Positions 9,786 through 20,119 of a DNA stretch of 64,000 nucleotides are shown piece after piece. Location of the stretch: contig OZ240245.1 in the NCBI GenBank assembly GCA_965198175.1, positions 3,136,001 through 3,200,000 of the forward strand, read 5' to 3'. The translations under genes and the position numbers were made by a program. How positions within the stretch are numbered: position 1 is the first letter of the stretch; each line of letters starts with the position of its first letter. The notes under the pieces are model-generated. The model searched no databases, was not told the origin of the DNA, and worked only from the letters and a program-made list of their open reading frames with translations. The stretch comes from Candidatus Poribacteria bacterium (lineage in GTDB: Bacteria; Poribacteria; WGA-4E; PCPOR2b).

Positions 9786-10905
9786 AAGACACGAGCTATT
9801 GTCGCGTGTCACACGGGTGGTAGTCAAAGTTGGCAGCAGAGTCATCTCTCAAAATTACAATCTCAATCCGAGCAGTATTGATAGACTTGTGGACGATCTT
9901 GCAACGGTGAAACATAAAGGGATAGAGGTTATCCTCGTTTCTTCGGGCGCAATTGCAGCGGGCACCGGCAAGCTTTTCCAACAGCGCCCGCAAACGATTC
10001 CCGGTCTTCAGGCGGCAGCGGCAGTTGGACAGAGCCACCTGATGCACGCCTATGACCAGCGGTTCCAGCGGCATGACCTAATCACGGCGATGATGCTCCT
10101 GACGCAGGACGACTTCAGTTTCCGTGAGCGCTATACGCACATCAGCGACGCCCTCGGTACCTTGTTGCAACTTGGGGTTATCCCAATTATCAATGAGAAT
10201 GACTCTGTTGCTGTGGAGGAGATTAAGTTTGGTGACAATGACACGCTGTCAGCCCAAGTCACCAATCTCGCTGAGGCTGACCTGCTGATAATTCTATCGG
10301 ATCAGGATGGGTTTCACACCCAAGATCCCCGCAAACATTCCAACGCCGAGTTTATCAGCGTTGTGCCGGCAATTACAGAGACGCTCCAGCGTTCTGCCGG
10401 CGGAGCGGGCAGCACCGATGGGACAGGCGGGATGATCACGAAGCTACATGCAGCAGAAATTGTGACAGGATCGGGCGAGATTATGGTGCTTGCGAACGGA
10501 AGCCAGCCCGCAGTCGTCAGTCGTATTCTCGCGGGCGAGGCAATCGGAACACTTTTCCTGCCGCAACAGCGGATATCCGCCCGCAAACGCTGGATTGCCT
10601 ATTCACGCCTGCCTAGAGGGACGCTGTGGGTCGATAACGGCGCCCGTGACACGCTGAATCAACGCGGCAAGAGTCTGCTTCCGTCCGGTTTGCGTAAGGT
10701 AGAAGGCGATTTTGAATACGGCGACACGCTCTCCTGCATTGATGAAAATGGGAATGAGTTTGCCAGAGGGCTTGCGAATTACAATAAGCAAGAAGTTGTT
10801 CACATTATGGGCAAACATACCAGTGAAATCAAAAAGATTCTCGGCTATCACCATTACGACGAGGTGATTCATCGAGACAATCTCGTTTTGATTAAGGAGG
10901 CGTGA
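9736..10905 (+). CDS. proB: glutamate 5-kinase with PUA domain
   Basis: VVVKVGS, VSSGAIAAG, PIINENDSV, FGDNDTLSA, GTGGMITK. Exact start uncertain (overlaps obgE). Confidence 0.96.
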   Translation: MMNSNLHTVPTESTQIERHELLSRVTRVVVKVGSRVISQNYNLNPSSIDRLVDDLATVKHKGIEVILVSSGAIAAGTGKLFQQRPQTIPGLQAAAAVGQSHLMHAYDQRFQRHDLITAMMLLTQDDFSFRERYTHISDALGTLLQLGVIPIINENDSVAVEEIKFGDNDTLSAQVTNLAEADLLIILSDQDGFHTQDPRKHSNAEFISVVPAITETLQRSAGGAGSTDGTGGMITKLHAAEIVTGSGEIMVLANGSQPAVVSRILAGEAIGTLFLPQQRISARKRWIAYSRLPRGTLWVDNGARDTLNQRGKSLLPSGLRKVEGDFEYGDTLSCIDENGNEFARGLANYNKQEVVHIMGKHTSEIKKILGYHHYDEVIHRDNLVLIKEA

Positions 10906-11086
10906 GGAGGAAAACATTCGTAAATGGAGGCTCGCAACTTTGCGTTAAGATTTGAAACGCCGATAGTCGGTATGAATGAACATATAATTTCATTAACGAA
11001 CGACTCAGACTGTAAACGTCGGGGAGCCGATACATCGTATTCAAGCTGAGATTCAAACGCAGACAAACACTCAATAAGGAGAAGAT

Positions 11087-12352
11087 TTGATGGATCAAAC
11101 GATTCAGGACATGATCCAGTCGAAAGCCCAAGCTGCTAAGGATTCCATGCGCAACTTGTCCAGAGCTTCTGTTGATGTGCGCAACGGCGCTCTGTTGGCA
11201 ATGGCAGATAGCATTTTGGCGTTCAAAGATAAGATTCGAGAAGCCAACCAGATTGACTTGGAGAACGGACGAAAGACTGGACTCGCCGAGCCGCTCATGA
11301 AACGGCTGCTTGTGGACGATAAGAAGATTGCGAGAATGGCAGATAATTTGAGGCAGGTTGCCGGGTTGCCGGACCCGATTGGCGAAATGACGCGCATGTG
11401 GGAACGCCCCAATGGACTGCGGATTGGTATAGTCCGTGTGCCGATCGGGGTCGTCGGTGTAATCTACGAATCGCGTCCAGATGTCACCGTCGAAGTGTCT
11501 GCTTTGTGCGTCAAATCCGGCAACGGGGTAATTTTGCGCGGAGGGTCGGAGGCGATACGTTCCAACACAACGCTTGCCAATATATTAAGCGAAACCGCAG
11601 AAAGGGAGGGCATCAAAGACGCCATCCAGTTTGTAGGCATTACGGATCGACAGGCAGTGAGAGAGATGATTGCGCTACCGGAACACATCGATCTAATTGT
11701 GCCGCGCGGCAGTTATGAATTGGTGCGTTCCCTCATGAGAGAATCGGAGATTCCTGTACTCGGACATGCGGACGGGGTCTGCCATGTTTATGTAGATGAA
11801 GCTGCTAATCCCGACATGGCAGAACAGATTTGCTTCAACGCAAAGGTCGGTTATAAGGTCGCCGTCTGTAACACGATGGAGACACTGCTGGTCCACGAGC
11901 GAATCGCTCGGCAATTCCTACCACCAATGTGCGAGCGGTTCGCAGCCGATGGCGTTGAACTTCGCGGCTGCGAGAAGACGCAGCAGTCGTGTTCCGATGC
12001 CATCCCTGCGACCGAAGCGGATTGGCGGACAGAATACCTCGACAAAATCTTGTCAATCCGAGTTGTCTCAGACTTCGACGAGGCGGTGGAGCACATCGAA
12101 ACCTACGGTTCTCACCATTCGGATTCGATTGTCACAGAAAACTATGCCGCGGCGCAGCGTTTTCTCAAGGAGGTTGATTCTGCTGCTGTCTACGTCAACG
12201 CGAGTACCGCATTCACCGACGGATACGAATTTGGACTCGGTGCGGAGGTCGGCATCAGCACCCAGAAGCTGCACTGCCGAGGTCCTATGGGGCTTGAAGG
12301 GTTGACGAGCTACAAGTACATCATCTACGGAAACGGGCAGGTTCGAACTTAG
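11087..12352 (+). CDS. proA: gamma-glutamyl phosphate reductase
   Basis: GVIYESRPDVT, LRGGSEA, VCNTMETLLVH, EVGISTQKLHCRGPMGL. Confidence 0.97.
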   Translation: MMDQTIQDMIQSKAQAAKDSMRNLSRASVDVRNGALLAMADSILAFKDKIREANQIDLENGRKTGLAEPLMKRLLVDDKKIARMADNLRQVAGLPDPIGEMTRMWERPNGLRIGIVRVPIGVVGVIYESRPDVTVEVSALCVKSGNGVILRGGSEAIRSNTTLANILSETAEREGIKDAIQFVGITDRQAVREMIALPEHIDLIVPRGSYELVRSLMRESEIPVLGHADGVCHVYVDEAANPDMAEQICFNAKVGYKVAVCNTMETLLVHERIARQFLPPMCERFAADGVELRGCEKTQQSCSDAIPATEADWRTEYLDKILSIRVVSDFDEAVEHIETYGSHHSDSIVTENYAAAQRFLKEVDSAAVYVNASTAFTDGYEFGLGAEVGISTQKLHCRGPMGLEGLTSYKYIIYGNGQVRT

Positions 12353-12367
12353 GTCAGAATGGCTTAC

Positions 12368-13198
12368 TTACGCTCTACGCCGTCTCCGTTTTCGTGGTAG
12401 CGGAGTAGGTGTTGGCACATTCTCCGCCTCTGCAGGGATGGGTTGATGTGTAGCCCAGTAGATGAGCCACCCGCCAATCCCAACGAGCACAAGACTGAGG
12501 ATTTGGGCGGTGGTCAGACCGAAAAGAGCGGGGTAATTGATCCGCCAGAATTCCGCTAGGAAGCGTTCAACCCCCGCCAAGATGAGATAGCCGCCAGTCA
12601 TCCACCCTGGTGTCATCTCCTTCTCTTTGCGGAACGTCCACAGCAGACCAAAACCGATGAGCGACATCCCCGTTTCATAAAGCGGCGTTGGGTGGACCGG
12701 CACATCGATCGGAACCGTGCCGTTCGGGAACGCCATCGCCCAAGGTAAATCCGACGGTCCCCCGTAATCTCCATCCCCGGCGAGAAAACAGCCGATGCGT
12801 CCAATTCCATATCCGAGCAGAAACAGAGGTGCGAATGCATCGAGCACCGGAAGAGTTGGACTCGACGATCGATGAAGGACGAAAAACGCAGCCGCAGCCC
12901 CGCCAATCATGCCGCCGTACCAGACTAACCCGCTGGTCGAAAACAGTTCGCTGACCGAGAAACTGCCATCCTCGAACGCCGCGTAGAGTTTCGCTCCGAT
13001 GATGCCCCCAACCGCGCTGGCAAAGACAATCGATGACGCCAATTGAGAGTCAAGTTGTTTGCGCGCCAATTCCCGCTGCGCAATGAACATTACGGTTAAG
13101 AATGCTGTCGCCAGCATCAGCCCATAACTATGTATCGCGAGCGGAATGTCAATGGGTCCAAGCCGGATTGATCCCAAATTGATGATTGTCGGGTACAC
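12368..13198 (-). CDS. lgt: prolipoprotein diacylglyceryl transferase
   Basis: YGLMLA, GLVWYGG, IGRIGCFLAGDGDYG, HPTPLYE, RFLAEFWR. Start moved to GTG 13198 (VYPTII), behind GAAAGG. Confidence 0.92.
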   Translation of the reverse strand: MYPTIINLGSIRLGPIDIPLAIHSYGLMLATAFLTVMFIAQRELARKQLDSQLASSIVFASAVGGIIGAKLYAAFEDGSFSVSELFSTSGLVWYGGMIGGAAAAFFVLHRSSSPTLPVLDAFAPLFLLGYGIGRIGCFLAGDGDYGGPSDLPWAMAFPNGTVPIDVPVHPTPLYETGMSLIGFGLLWTFRKEKEMTPGWMTGGYLILAGVERFLAEFWRINYPALFGLTTAQILSLVLVGIGGWLIYWATHQPIPAEAENVPTPTPLPRKRRRRRA

Positions 13199-13449
13199 TG
13201 TCTGCCTTTCAGTTTTGAAGGACTTAGTTTGTTTCGCGTAATTTATGTGGCTTAAGCCCGGCGCTTTGCAACTTCTCATGGTCGGACTTTGAATGGTGTG
13301 TTCGTGGGAATTGAGTTCAGTGCGCCACTACAGCATTTCAACGGCTCTAGCGTGAAGATTCGACACCGCGTCAGATGGGATGTGATTACAAAACTTCGGA
13401 CGATACGTAATGGTTGGGGTGATTTCCGAAAACCGGGTGTGTCGAAACC

Positions 13450-14388
13450 TTAGAAATTTAAGATAAGCGAAAATCGATGCGTGGGTCCAAGCTTTCCGAA
13501 GGAGACAAAGGCGTAGTCAAGCTGGAATCCTTCGATACTAAATCCAATTCCAGCGGTAATTCCGGATGAAACTCCCAAATCGTTGCCGCCAAGGGTGTGT
13601 TTGTAACCGGAGCGCAGATGAAGCAATTGAGACACCGTCAGCGCAGTTCCGAATCCGACCGTGATGTCATTATCAGAAGGGCGATTTACATCAGCGGCAA
13701 TGGTGAACGCATCATTGAGCAATTTATAGGCTGCACCCACCTTGATGTTGACCGGCAGATTAAAAGACTCCTCGACAAACTTCACTTTGCCGCCGAGGTG
13801 TTGGATGTTTAAACCGAACGTGAGAGGTCTCTTGGGAACGGTGTACAACCCACCCACGTCGAATGCGATGACTTGGGCGTTGGTGTCGTCGATCTGCTCG
13901 CGAATCCATTTTCCATTGACTCCGACCGAAAACGCAGATGCAAACTGGCGGGCATAGGAGAGGATGAGTGCAAGGTCATAGGGTCGGAACTTTTTCGTTT
14001 CTTTGCCGCTCGCGTCACGCCCTTGCAGTTCGCCAAAGTCGAGGAAGATTGCGCTGCCGCCGAAAGCGCCCGCGTCACCAATCGGTTGCACAAACCCAAA
14101 AAACTCGTGATTAATGCCTTCAAACCATTCGTTGTGCATCAAGCCTATCTGCGGACGTTTAACCCTCGCAAGCCCCGCCGGATTCCAGAACGAAGCGTAC
14201 AAATCGTTCGCATCAGCGACTTGAGATTCGCCCATCCCGATTGCGCGTGCCCCAATGCCAATCTTCAGAAACGGCATTGCGCGTGTCCCCGCGTTCGGGT
14301 GAATGTCCGCTCCGTGGGCGGCAACCCACGGTTGCAATGTCGTCAAACATACAACAGCGGCAATGACGAATCGCTTATACCCTGGCAA
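13450..14388 (-). CDS. PorV/PorQ (UPF0164)-family outer-membrane beta-barrel
   Basis: FLKIGIGARAIGMGE...FWNPAGLA...LDYAF...GPTHRFSL..F. Signal peptide after TTG 14388 with a GAGGAGG RBS. Confidence 0.85.
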   Translation of the reverse strand: MPGYKRFVIAAVVCLTTLQPWVAAHGADIHPNAGTRAMPFLKIGIGARAIGMGESQVADANDLYASFWNPAGLARVKRPQIGLMHNEWFEGINHEFFGFVQPIGDAGAFGGSAIFLDFGELQGRDASGKETKKFRPYDLALILSYARQFASAFSVGVNGKWIREQIDDTNAQVIAFDVGGLYTVPKRPLTFGLNIQHLGGKVKFVEESFNLPVNIKVGAAYKLLNDAFTIAADVNRPSDNDITVGFGTALTVSQLLHLRSGYKHTLGGNDLGVSSGITAGIGFSIEGFQLDYAFVSFGKLGPTHRFSLILNF

Positions 14389-14437
14389 CTCTGCCCTCCT
14401 CGTTTCCGTAAAGAAACCTATAACTACGAATATCCTC

Positions 14438-14466
14438 ATTATAACGTTGTAGGCGGGCTTTGTCAA
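14438..14466 (-). promoter_or_regulatory. consensus sigma70 promoter for the PorV-like gene
   Basis: Minus strand reads TTGACA-N17-TATAAT exactly. Confidence 0.8.
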
Positions 14467-14627
14467 CACAAATTTGGGATGCGCTCTCAACCATTTTTTT
14501 TATCAGAGTGTATCCAGTATAGTTATGTAAGACACTGCTGCGAGGGGGTGGTTCAACCTATTCTTCATTATGAATTGGACTCACCGCTTCAGGGCGTATC
14601 GGGGCAATCACCAAAAACTGGTAGATT

Positions 14628-14655
14628 TTGCCATCCGTTTGTGCTACTATATAAT
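14628..14655 (+). promoter_or_regulatory. candidate promoter of defence locus 2
   Basis: TTGCCA-N16-TATAAT, overlapping an alternative TGcTACTAT. Confidence 0.45.
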
Positions 14656-14723
14656 ATATACTAAACAAAGGCAACAATCTCCCACACATACCGATCTGAT
14701 TTTCGACGAGGGATCCGCAAGAA

Positions 14724-17700
14724 ATGCAGAGAACAAACCGACCGAGCACAGATGCATTGCGGCAAGCGATTGACATCTACCGCGATGCTATGCGCCCGTT
14801 CATCGTCCGTCAATTGAAACGAGTTCAGGGGGCGAGCGTCGAAGACTTAATTGAGCGTGGGTTGGGCGATCGTCAGGCGGATGAGTTTCGTCGCAGGGTG
14901 ACCGAAAACGGCGACATCGAAGCCGCAATTGACCTCAACTATTTTCCAAAAGTGTTTCGAGACAACTGGCGCGGGGCATTCGCACAGCAATTCAAGGACG
15001 ATTCAACCGTTCAGAACACGCTGTGGGTGATAAAGGCGGCGAGAGACCAGATTGCACATCCAGGCAGCGAGGACATAGACCCAGAGTACACAAGGGCGCG
15101 CCTGTATGATATTGCCGATCTGCTCGGACGAATAAATGCGCCGGAGCAGAAACAGACAGTAGAGGCGATTCGCGATAATCTCTTCGCCAGACCTGAGAGC
15201 GGAGAGCAGCCGGATTCGATTCCGCCAGATGAGGAATCCCAAACGCCTTCAATAGAATCCCAGGAAAACCAAGACAGCTTACAACGCCCTTCATCGAACA
15301 ATCTGACACCGTGGCGTGACATCATCCGCCCCAACAACGATGTCGCGCTTGGCACTTTTCAAGAGGCAGAGTTCGCGGCGGACCTTCAGCAGGTACACGA
15401 CGGACGCGCCGATGCGACAGGGTACGGCAATCCGGTCAGTTTCTTCAACCAAACCTACATCACCCCCGGCATCCGCACGCTATTGGTCAATGCCCTCAAG
15501 AGGCTCGGCGGCAATGGCGGCGACCCGGTTATTCAGACAAAAACCGGATTCGGGGGCGGAAAGACCCATAGTCTCATCGCGCTCTACCATCTCGTCAAGA
15601 GTACCGACGCGCTCTTAAATCCGCCGCCAGACCGTGACGAGCACCAGCGCACGAGCAAAGAGATAAACAGCATGATGCAGGAAGCAGCATGGGACTCAAC
15701 CGCCGCCAGACCCCGCGTCGCTGTGATTGATGGTTCCTACCTTGCTCAAACCGACCTGACCGCAACTAAAGAGACGGGCGATCCGCTAAACACGCTGTGG
15801 GGCGTGATGGCTTACCAACTTGGCGGACAGGATGCCTACGAAATTGTCGGAGGGGCATCGCGGGGTGGCACAGCACCTGGTGGAAGCCAACTCGACCAGC
15901 TCTTTGAATACGTTGGTCCGTGCGTCATCCTGATGGACGAGCTTGTGGCATACGTACGGAACGCAGGTGACGCCAAAGACAACATCTATACCTTTATACA
16001 AGCTCTCACCCAATCGGTTCGGAGAAGTAGCAACGCTGTGCTTGTCGTCACCCTACCGGAGAGTGCCGTCGAAGCAGGTGCTGAAGGGGGCGCAGACGCG
16101 CTCAACAGGCTGGACAGCATCCTAAGCCGTATTGAGTCTAAGTGGGAGCCATTAGAGATAAATGAAACGTTTGAGGTTGTGCGACGGAGGCTCTTCGGTA
16201 GAGTCAGGGATGAAGCAGCAAGAAATCGAGTCTGCGAAGTTTTCTCGCGGATGTATGCCAATTCACGCCGAGATTACCCTCAAGAAGTTAGCGAGCCGCG
16301 TTACTTGGACCGCATGAAGGCGTGTTACCCAATCCACCCGGAGATATTCGATCGGCTCTATTCGGACTGGTCTTCCATTCCCGGATTTCAGCGCACACGC
16401 GGAGTGCTTCGGATGATGGCGAACTGTATCAGCCGTTTATATCTCAGAGGGGACGCCTCACCGCTGATTATGCCTGCCAACCTCACCCTCGACGACCCGG
16501 CACTGTCAAATGAATTCCTGCCGCTGCTAGATGGCGAGTGGCGTCCTGTCCTGACGGAGATAGACAGTGATGGTTCCCGAACTGACAACATCGACAGAAA
16601 CATTCAGAGATTCTCCAATATCGGGGGCGCAGCACGTCGTCTCGCCCGCACTGTATTTCTCGGCAGTGCTGCCAGCGGTGCCGTGCGCGGCATTGACGAC
16701 CGTCAAATTCATCTAGGAGTTGTGGAACCCGGGCAGGGTGTTTCGGTGTATAAAGAAGCACTCGGGCGGATGAACGGCGCCCTGTATTACCTTTACAACA
16801 GCGATAACAGATACTACTTCCACGCGGAGGAAAACTTAAACAAGGTCGCAACCGACCGCGCCGATACACTCAGTGACCGGGACGTGGAGGAGTGCATAAT
16901 CGCTCAACTGCAGGAAGCGGTTGGGGCTGGACGCCGGCGACGCGCCGATGTCGTTGTCTGCCCGCAGAATTCCGACGATGTGAGAGACTGGGATTTAGTA
17001 CAGTTAGTCATTCTACCGCCCAGCAAATTTTTGCCCTCCCGCTCTAGTGACAGCGATGAAGCCACACCAGCAGCACGGGACATCCTACTAAACCGCGGCG
17101 ATGCGCCCCGCATCCACAGGAACACGATTCTCTTTTTGACAGCGAAGAACGACGACATTCGCGCACTTAGAAACATCGTCAAGACCTATCTTGCATGGGA
17201 TTCCATCATCAACACCGACCGCCGCATTGAGAGTCTTACCGGAGACCGCCTGCAGCAAGCCGTCAACACCGTGCGCAGCGCCAAAACGCAACTGTCGCAA
17301 GCACTCGTCCGGGCGTATCGTTGGGGGATAGCGCCGTCACAACCGAACCCGCAGGAGGCAAGTTACGGGATATCCACCTTCCCAACAAACACCGCAGAAA
17401 CAGGTGACATCGTTGACAGCGCGATGCGAAAGTTCATTGAGGCAGAAGCACTCGTTGATGAGATTTCACCATCAGCCCTAGTGAGCATGATGCAGCGCTA
17501 CGTATGGAGCAGCCCGAATTACAGCGACCACATCGGCGTAGATGGTCTGTGGGAACTGATGACAAGGAATGTATATCTGCATCGCCTGAGAAACAGAGAC
17601 GTTCTGGTTAGATGCGTCGCCCAAGGTGTGCTGGAACGCAAATTCGGATGCGCCGAAGCCTACAACGGTGAGAAATACGAGGGTATGTGCTTTGGTGAAC

Positions 17701-18092
17701 CGATGTCTCACCTTTTACTCACGGACCCTAGCCCAAGGGTACTGGTCACGCCCGAAATGGCGCAACTTGTAATGGAAGAAGCTCCTCCACCTGATCCTGA
17801 CGACTCGTCTGATACTGGCAATGGTGAAGAATCGGAACCTGAACCTACCCCATCGCCGTCCGGTCCGAAACGCATTGTTGTAACGAAAACAATGCAAGAC
17901 AACATCTCTCTTGATAATGTCAACCAGTTGCGCGATGAGATAATTCGCAACCTGAATTCAGATGATGGTTCCGTCACCATCGAAATTACCATCACGGCGA
18001 ACAAACCTGATGGCTTTTCCGAAAGCACCGCCCGCGCGGTGCGCGAAAACAGTGCCGAACTCGGTCTGGATCTGAATACGTCGGACGATTAA
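14724..18092 (+). CDS. Swt1-like HEPN domain fused to DUF499 AAA+ ATPase (locus 2)
   Basis: N-terminal helical domain with RDQIAH (Rx4H); acidic/Pro linker; PWRDII.P; EFAADL; TGFGGGKTH; ILMDE; VVRRRLF; YPIHPE; FQRTRGVLR. Confidence 0.92.
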   Translation: MQRTNRPSTDALRQAIDIYRDAMRPFIVRQLKRVQGASVEDLIERGLGDRQADEFRRRVTENGDIEAAIDLNYFPKVFRDNWRGAFAQQFKDDSTVQNTLWVIKAARDQIAHPGSEDIDPEYTRARLYDIADLLGRINAPEQKQTVEAIRDNLFARPESGEQPDSIPPDEESQTPSIESQENQDSLQRPSSNNLTPWRDIIRPNNDVALGTFQEAEFAADLQQVHDGRADATGYGNPVSFFNQTYITPGIRTLLVNALKRLGGNGGDPVIQTKTGFGGGKTHSLIALYHLVKSTDALLNPPPDRDEHQRTSKEINSMMQEAAWDSTAARPRVAVIDGSYLAQTDLTATKETGDPLNTLWGVMAYQLGGQDAYEIVGGASRGGTAPGGSQLDQLFEYVGPCVILMDELVAYVRNAGDAKDNIYTFIQALTQSVRRSSNAVLVVTLPESAVEAGAEGGADALNRLDSILSRIESKWEPLEINETFEVVRRRLFGRVRDEAARNRVCEVFSRMYANSRRDYPQEVSEPRYLDRMKACYPIHPEIFDRLYSDWSSIPGFQRTRGVLRMMANCISRLYLRGDASPLIMPANLTLDDPALSNEFLPLLDGEWRPVLTEIDSDGSRTDNIDRNIQRFSNIGGAARRLARTVFLGSAASGAVRGIDDRQIHLGVVEPGQGVSVYKEALGRMNGALYYLYNSDNRYYFHAEENLNKVATDRADTLSDRDVEECIIAQLQEAVGAGRRRRADVVVCPQNSDDVRDWDLVQLVILPPSKFLPSRSSDSDEATPAARDILLNRGDAPRIHRNTILFLTAKNDDIRALRNIVKTYLAWDSIINTDRRIESLTGDRLQQAVNTVRSAKTQLSQALVRAYRWGIAPSQPNPQEASYGISTFPTNTAETGDIVDSAMRKFIEAEALVDEISPSALVSMMQRYVWSSPNYSDHIGVDGLWELMTRNVYLHRLRNRDVLVRCVAQGVLERKFGCAEAYNGEKYEGMCFGEPMSHLLLTDPSPRVLVTPEMAQLVMEEAPPPDPDDSSDTGNGEESEPEPTPSPSGPKRIVVTKTMQDNISLDNVNQLRDEIIRNLNSDDGSVTIEITITANKPDGFSESTARAVRENSAELGLDLNTSDD

Positions 18093-18093
18093 C

Positions 18094-19641
18094 ATGACTA
18101 AACCAATGCAAACAGAGCCGCTGCAACTCACGGTTTCGAACTTCGGTCCCATCGCCAAGGCGGAAATTGACCTGCGTCCGCTGACGGTGTTTGTCGGTGC
18201 CAGCAACACGGGAAAGTCCTACTTGGCGATACTGATATACGCACTGCACAGGTTTTTCGATGATTACGCGGGTAGCCGGCATTCCAGCCTTCGACGAGCG
18301 CCCTCTAGTTTGCATGGATCAATTACTGAACCGCAGCTCGTTGATGAAAAAAACATCAAGAAGTTAGCTGTCTGGTTCAGAGACGTATTTGGACAGGCGG
18401 ACGGGGAAAGCCCATCGGATAGTTCCCCGCTTCAATTGCCGGATTTTGTCGCGTCAGTAGTTCGTCCTTTATTCAACGATTTAGGCAACTTCATCCCACA
18501 CATTGTCACGGAGATTGAACGGAGTTTTGGCATTGAGGACCCTGCAAGGCTAATCCGCCACGGCAACAGGGACGGTGCGAAAATTGCCTTGCACTTCAAA
18601 CCCTTTGAGTATGAACTGGTGCTGAAAAAAGGCAAGCCTAAAGGATCGGTGATTTCGATTTCCGAGGACATACCGCTGTATATTAATCTACAATCTGAAC
18701 GAATGAAGTATATTCTACGTAGAGGGATCGATGATTTGAATATTCTGATGTCTGCGGGTGACGGCAGAGTGAGACAAGAGGCGAGGCAAAATGTAGAATA
18801 CCTCATAAGAGAACTTTACAGCTTGACTCTTCCCAATGTTATCAGTCCGTTGAACAATTCCGCCTACTATCTTCCCGCCGACCGCACCGGCGTAATGCAC
18901 GCTCACCGTGTGGTTGTCGCTTCCTTGATTGAACGTGCGCCGCGTGCTGGACTCCGGCGTGACACACCGTTGCCAGCACTTTCGGGGGTTCTTGCTGACT
19001 TTCTTGAACAGCTAGTTAAACTCGGTGAACCAAGGAGGCGACGCAATAACAAAGGGAACCTCGCCGCAGACCTTGAGCAGCAGATCCTCGGTGGGGAAAT
19101 CCAGCGTAAAGACTCGGAGACGGGCTATCCGATGTTTTCTTATCTGCCACAAGGGTGGCGGACGGATCTGCCTTTAATGAATGCGTCGTCCATGGTTTCG
19201 GAACTTGCGCCGGTTGTGCTGTATCTTCGCCACATCGTCCAATCCGGCGATGTTCTGATTATCGAAGAGCCAGAATCTCACCTCCACCCGGCGATGCAGG
19301 TGGAATTTATTCGACAACTCGCCGCGGTCGTACACGCTGGCGTCCACGTCATGCTTACCACTCACAGCGAATGGGTGTTGGATGAGCTTGCCAACTTGGT
19401 ACGTTTGTCAGAACTTCCGAAACCGCGTCGAAAGGGAATCGCGGGCGCAGACGTCGCGCTCAGCCGTGACCAGGTAGGTGTTTGGCTATTTGAGCCCAAG
19501 CAGCGGCCTAGAGGCTCAGTGGTGAAAGAAATTCCTTGTGACGTGGAGTATGGTGGGTTCCGGTCCGGCTTCGATGAGGTTGCCATCGGTACATATAACG
19601 ACCATGCGGAAATATCCAATCGAGTAGAGGGATCGAAGTAG
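18094..19641 (+). CDS. ABC-type (AAA_15/AAA_21-like) ATPase, non-transporter
   Basis: NFGPI, Walker A GASNTGKS, YLPADRTG, degenerate signature ASSMVSEL, Walker B IIEEPESHLHP, TTHS. Confidence 0.9.
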   Translation: MTKPMQTEPLQLTVSNFGPIAKAEIDLRPLTVFVGASNTGKSYLAILIYALHRFFDDYAGSRHSSLRRAPSSLHGSITEPQLVDEKNIKKLAVWFRDVFGQADGESPSDSSPLQLPDFVASVVRPLFNDLGNFIPHIVTEIERSFGIEDPARLIRHGNRDGAKIALHFKPFEYELVLKKGKPKGSVISISEDIPLYINLQSERMKYILRRGIDDLNILMSAGDGRVRQEARQNVEYLIRELYSLTLPNVISPLNNSAYYLPADRTGVMHAHRVVVASLIERAPRAGLRRDTPLPALSGVLADFLEQLVKLGEPRRRRNNKGNLAADLEQQILGGEIQRKDSETGYPMFSYLPQGWRTDLPLMNASSMVSELAPVVLYLRHIVQSGDVLIIEEPESHLHPAMQVEFIRQLAAVVHAGVHVMLTTHSEWVLDELANLVRLSELPKPRRKGIAGADVALSRDQVGVWLFEPKQRPRGSVVKEIPCDVEYGGFRSGFDEVAIGTYNDHAEISNRVEGSK

Positions 19642-20118
19642 ATGGTTAATCTCGTTGGGCGGATAAGGGATAGCCTGCCCGATGGGTGTATCGCATCAGG
19701 GCGGTTGCGTAAAGAAGGATGCTCCGTGTCCTTGAAAAATGCACCGGCGCCATGGGTTGCAGTAGATATGGATAAGCCGCAAGCACCTGTTGGAGACAAT
19801 GAAACAAAATGTGACTATATTTTCATCGGAGGTTGTGATGATGTTTATCTCGTGCCACTGGAGTTGAAGAGGGGCAAACTTGATGCCAGCACCATCGTGA
19901 AACAACTTCGAGCAGGAGCGAACATTGCCGGTGATCGCATTATTCCTATGCGTGCGCAAGTTCAGTTTCTGCCGGTTGCAGTCTGCGGCGGCAAGATTCA
20001 CCGGGCTGAGATACGTAGGTTATTACAGAGTAGAATTCGTTTCAGGAGCCAGAATTCCACTGTTCGCCTATTGAAGTGTAACGACCAATTGATTAAAGCA
20101 CTTTCCAAAGAGATATGA
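19642..20118 (+). CDS. small hypothetical protein, PD-(D/E)xK nuclease-like
   Basis: KCDYIFIG...LVPLELKRG...IVKQL gives a D...ExK...Q pattern. Starts right after the ATPase stop codon. Confidence 0.6.
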   Translation: MVNLVGRIRDSLPDGCIASGRLRKEGCSVSLKNAPAPWVAVDMDKPQAPVGDNETKCDYIFIGGCDDVYLVPLELKRGKLDASTIVKQLRAGANIAGDRIIPMRAQVQFLPVAVCGGKIHRAEIRRLLQSRIRFRSQNSTVRLLKCNDQLIKALSKEI

Positions 20119-20119
20119 A

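Noticed and set aside
13359..13446. ttcgacac...gtgtcgaa inverted ends as a MITE
   Set aside because: Only an 8-bp match, with no clear target duplication or full second copy.
13873..14664. 263-aa plus-strand ORF
   Set aside because: It is an antisense shadow of the PorV-like gene and shows no motifs.
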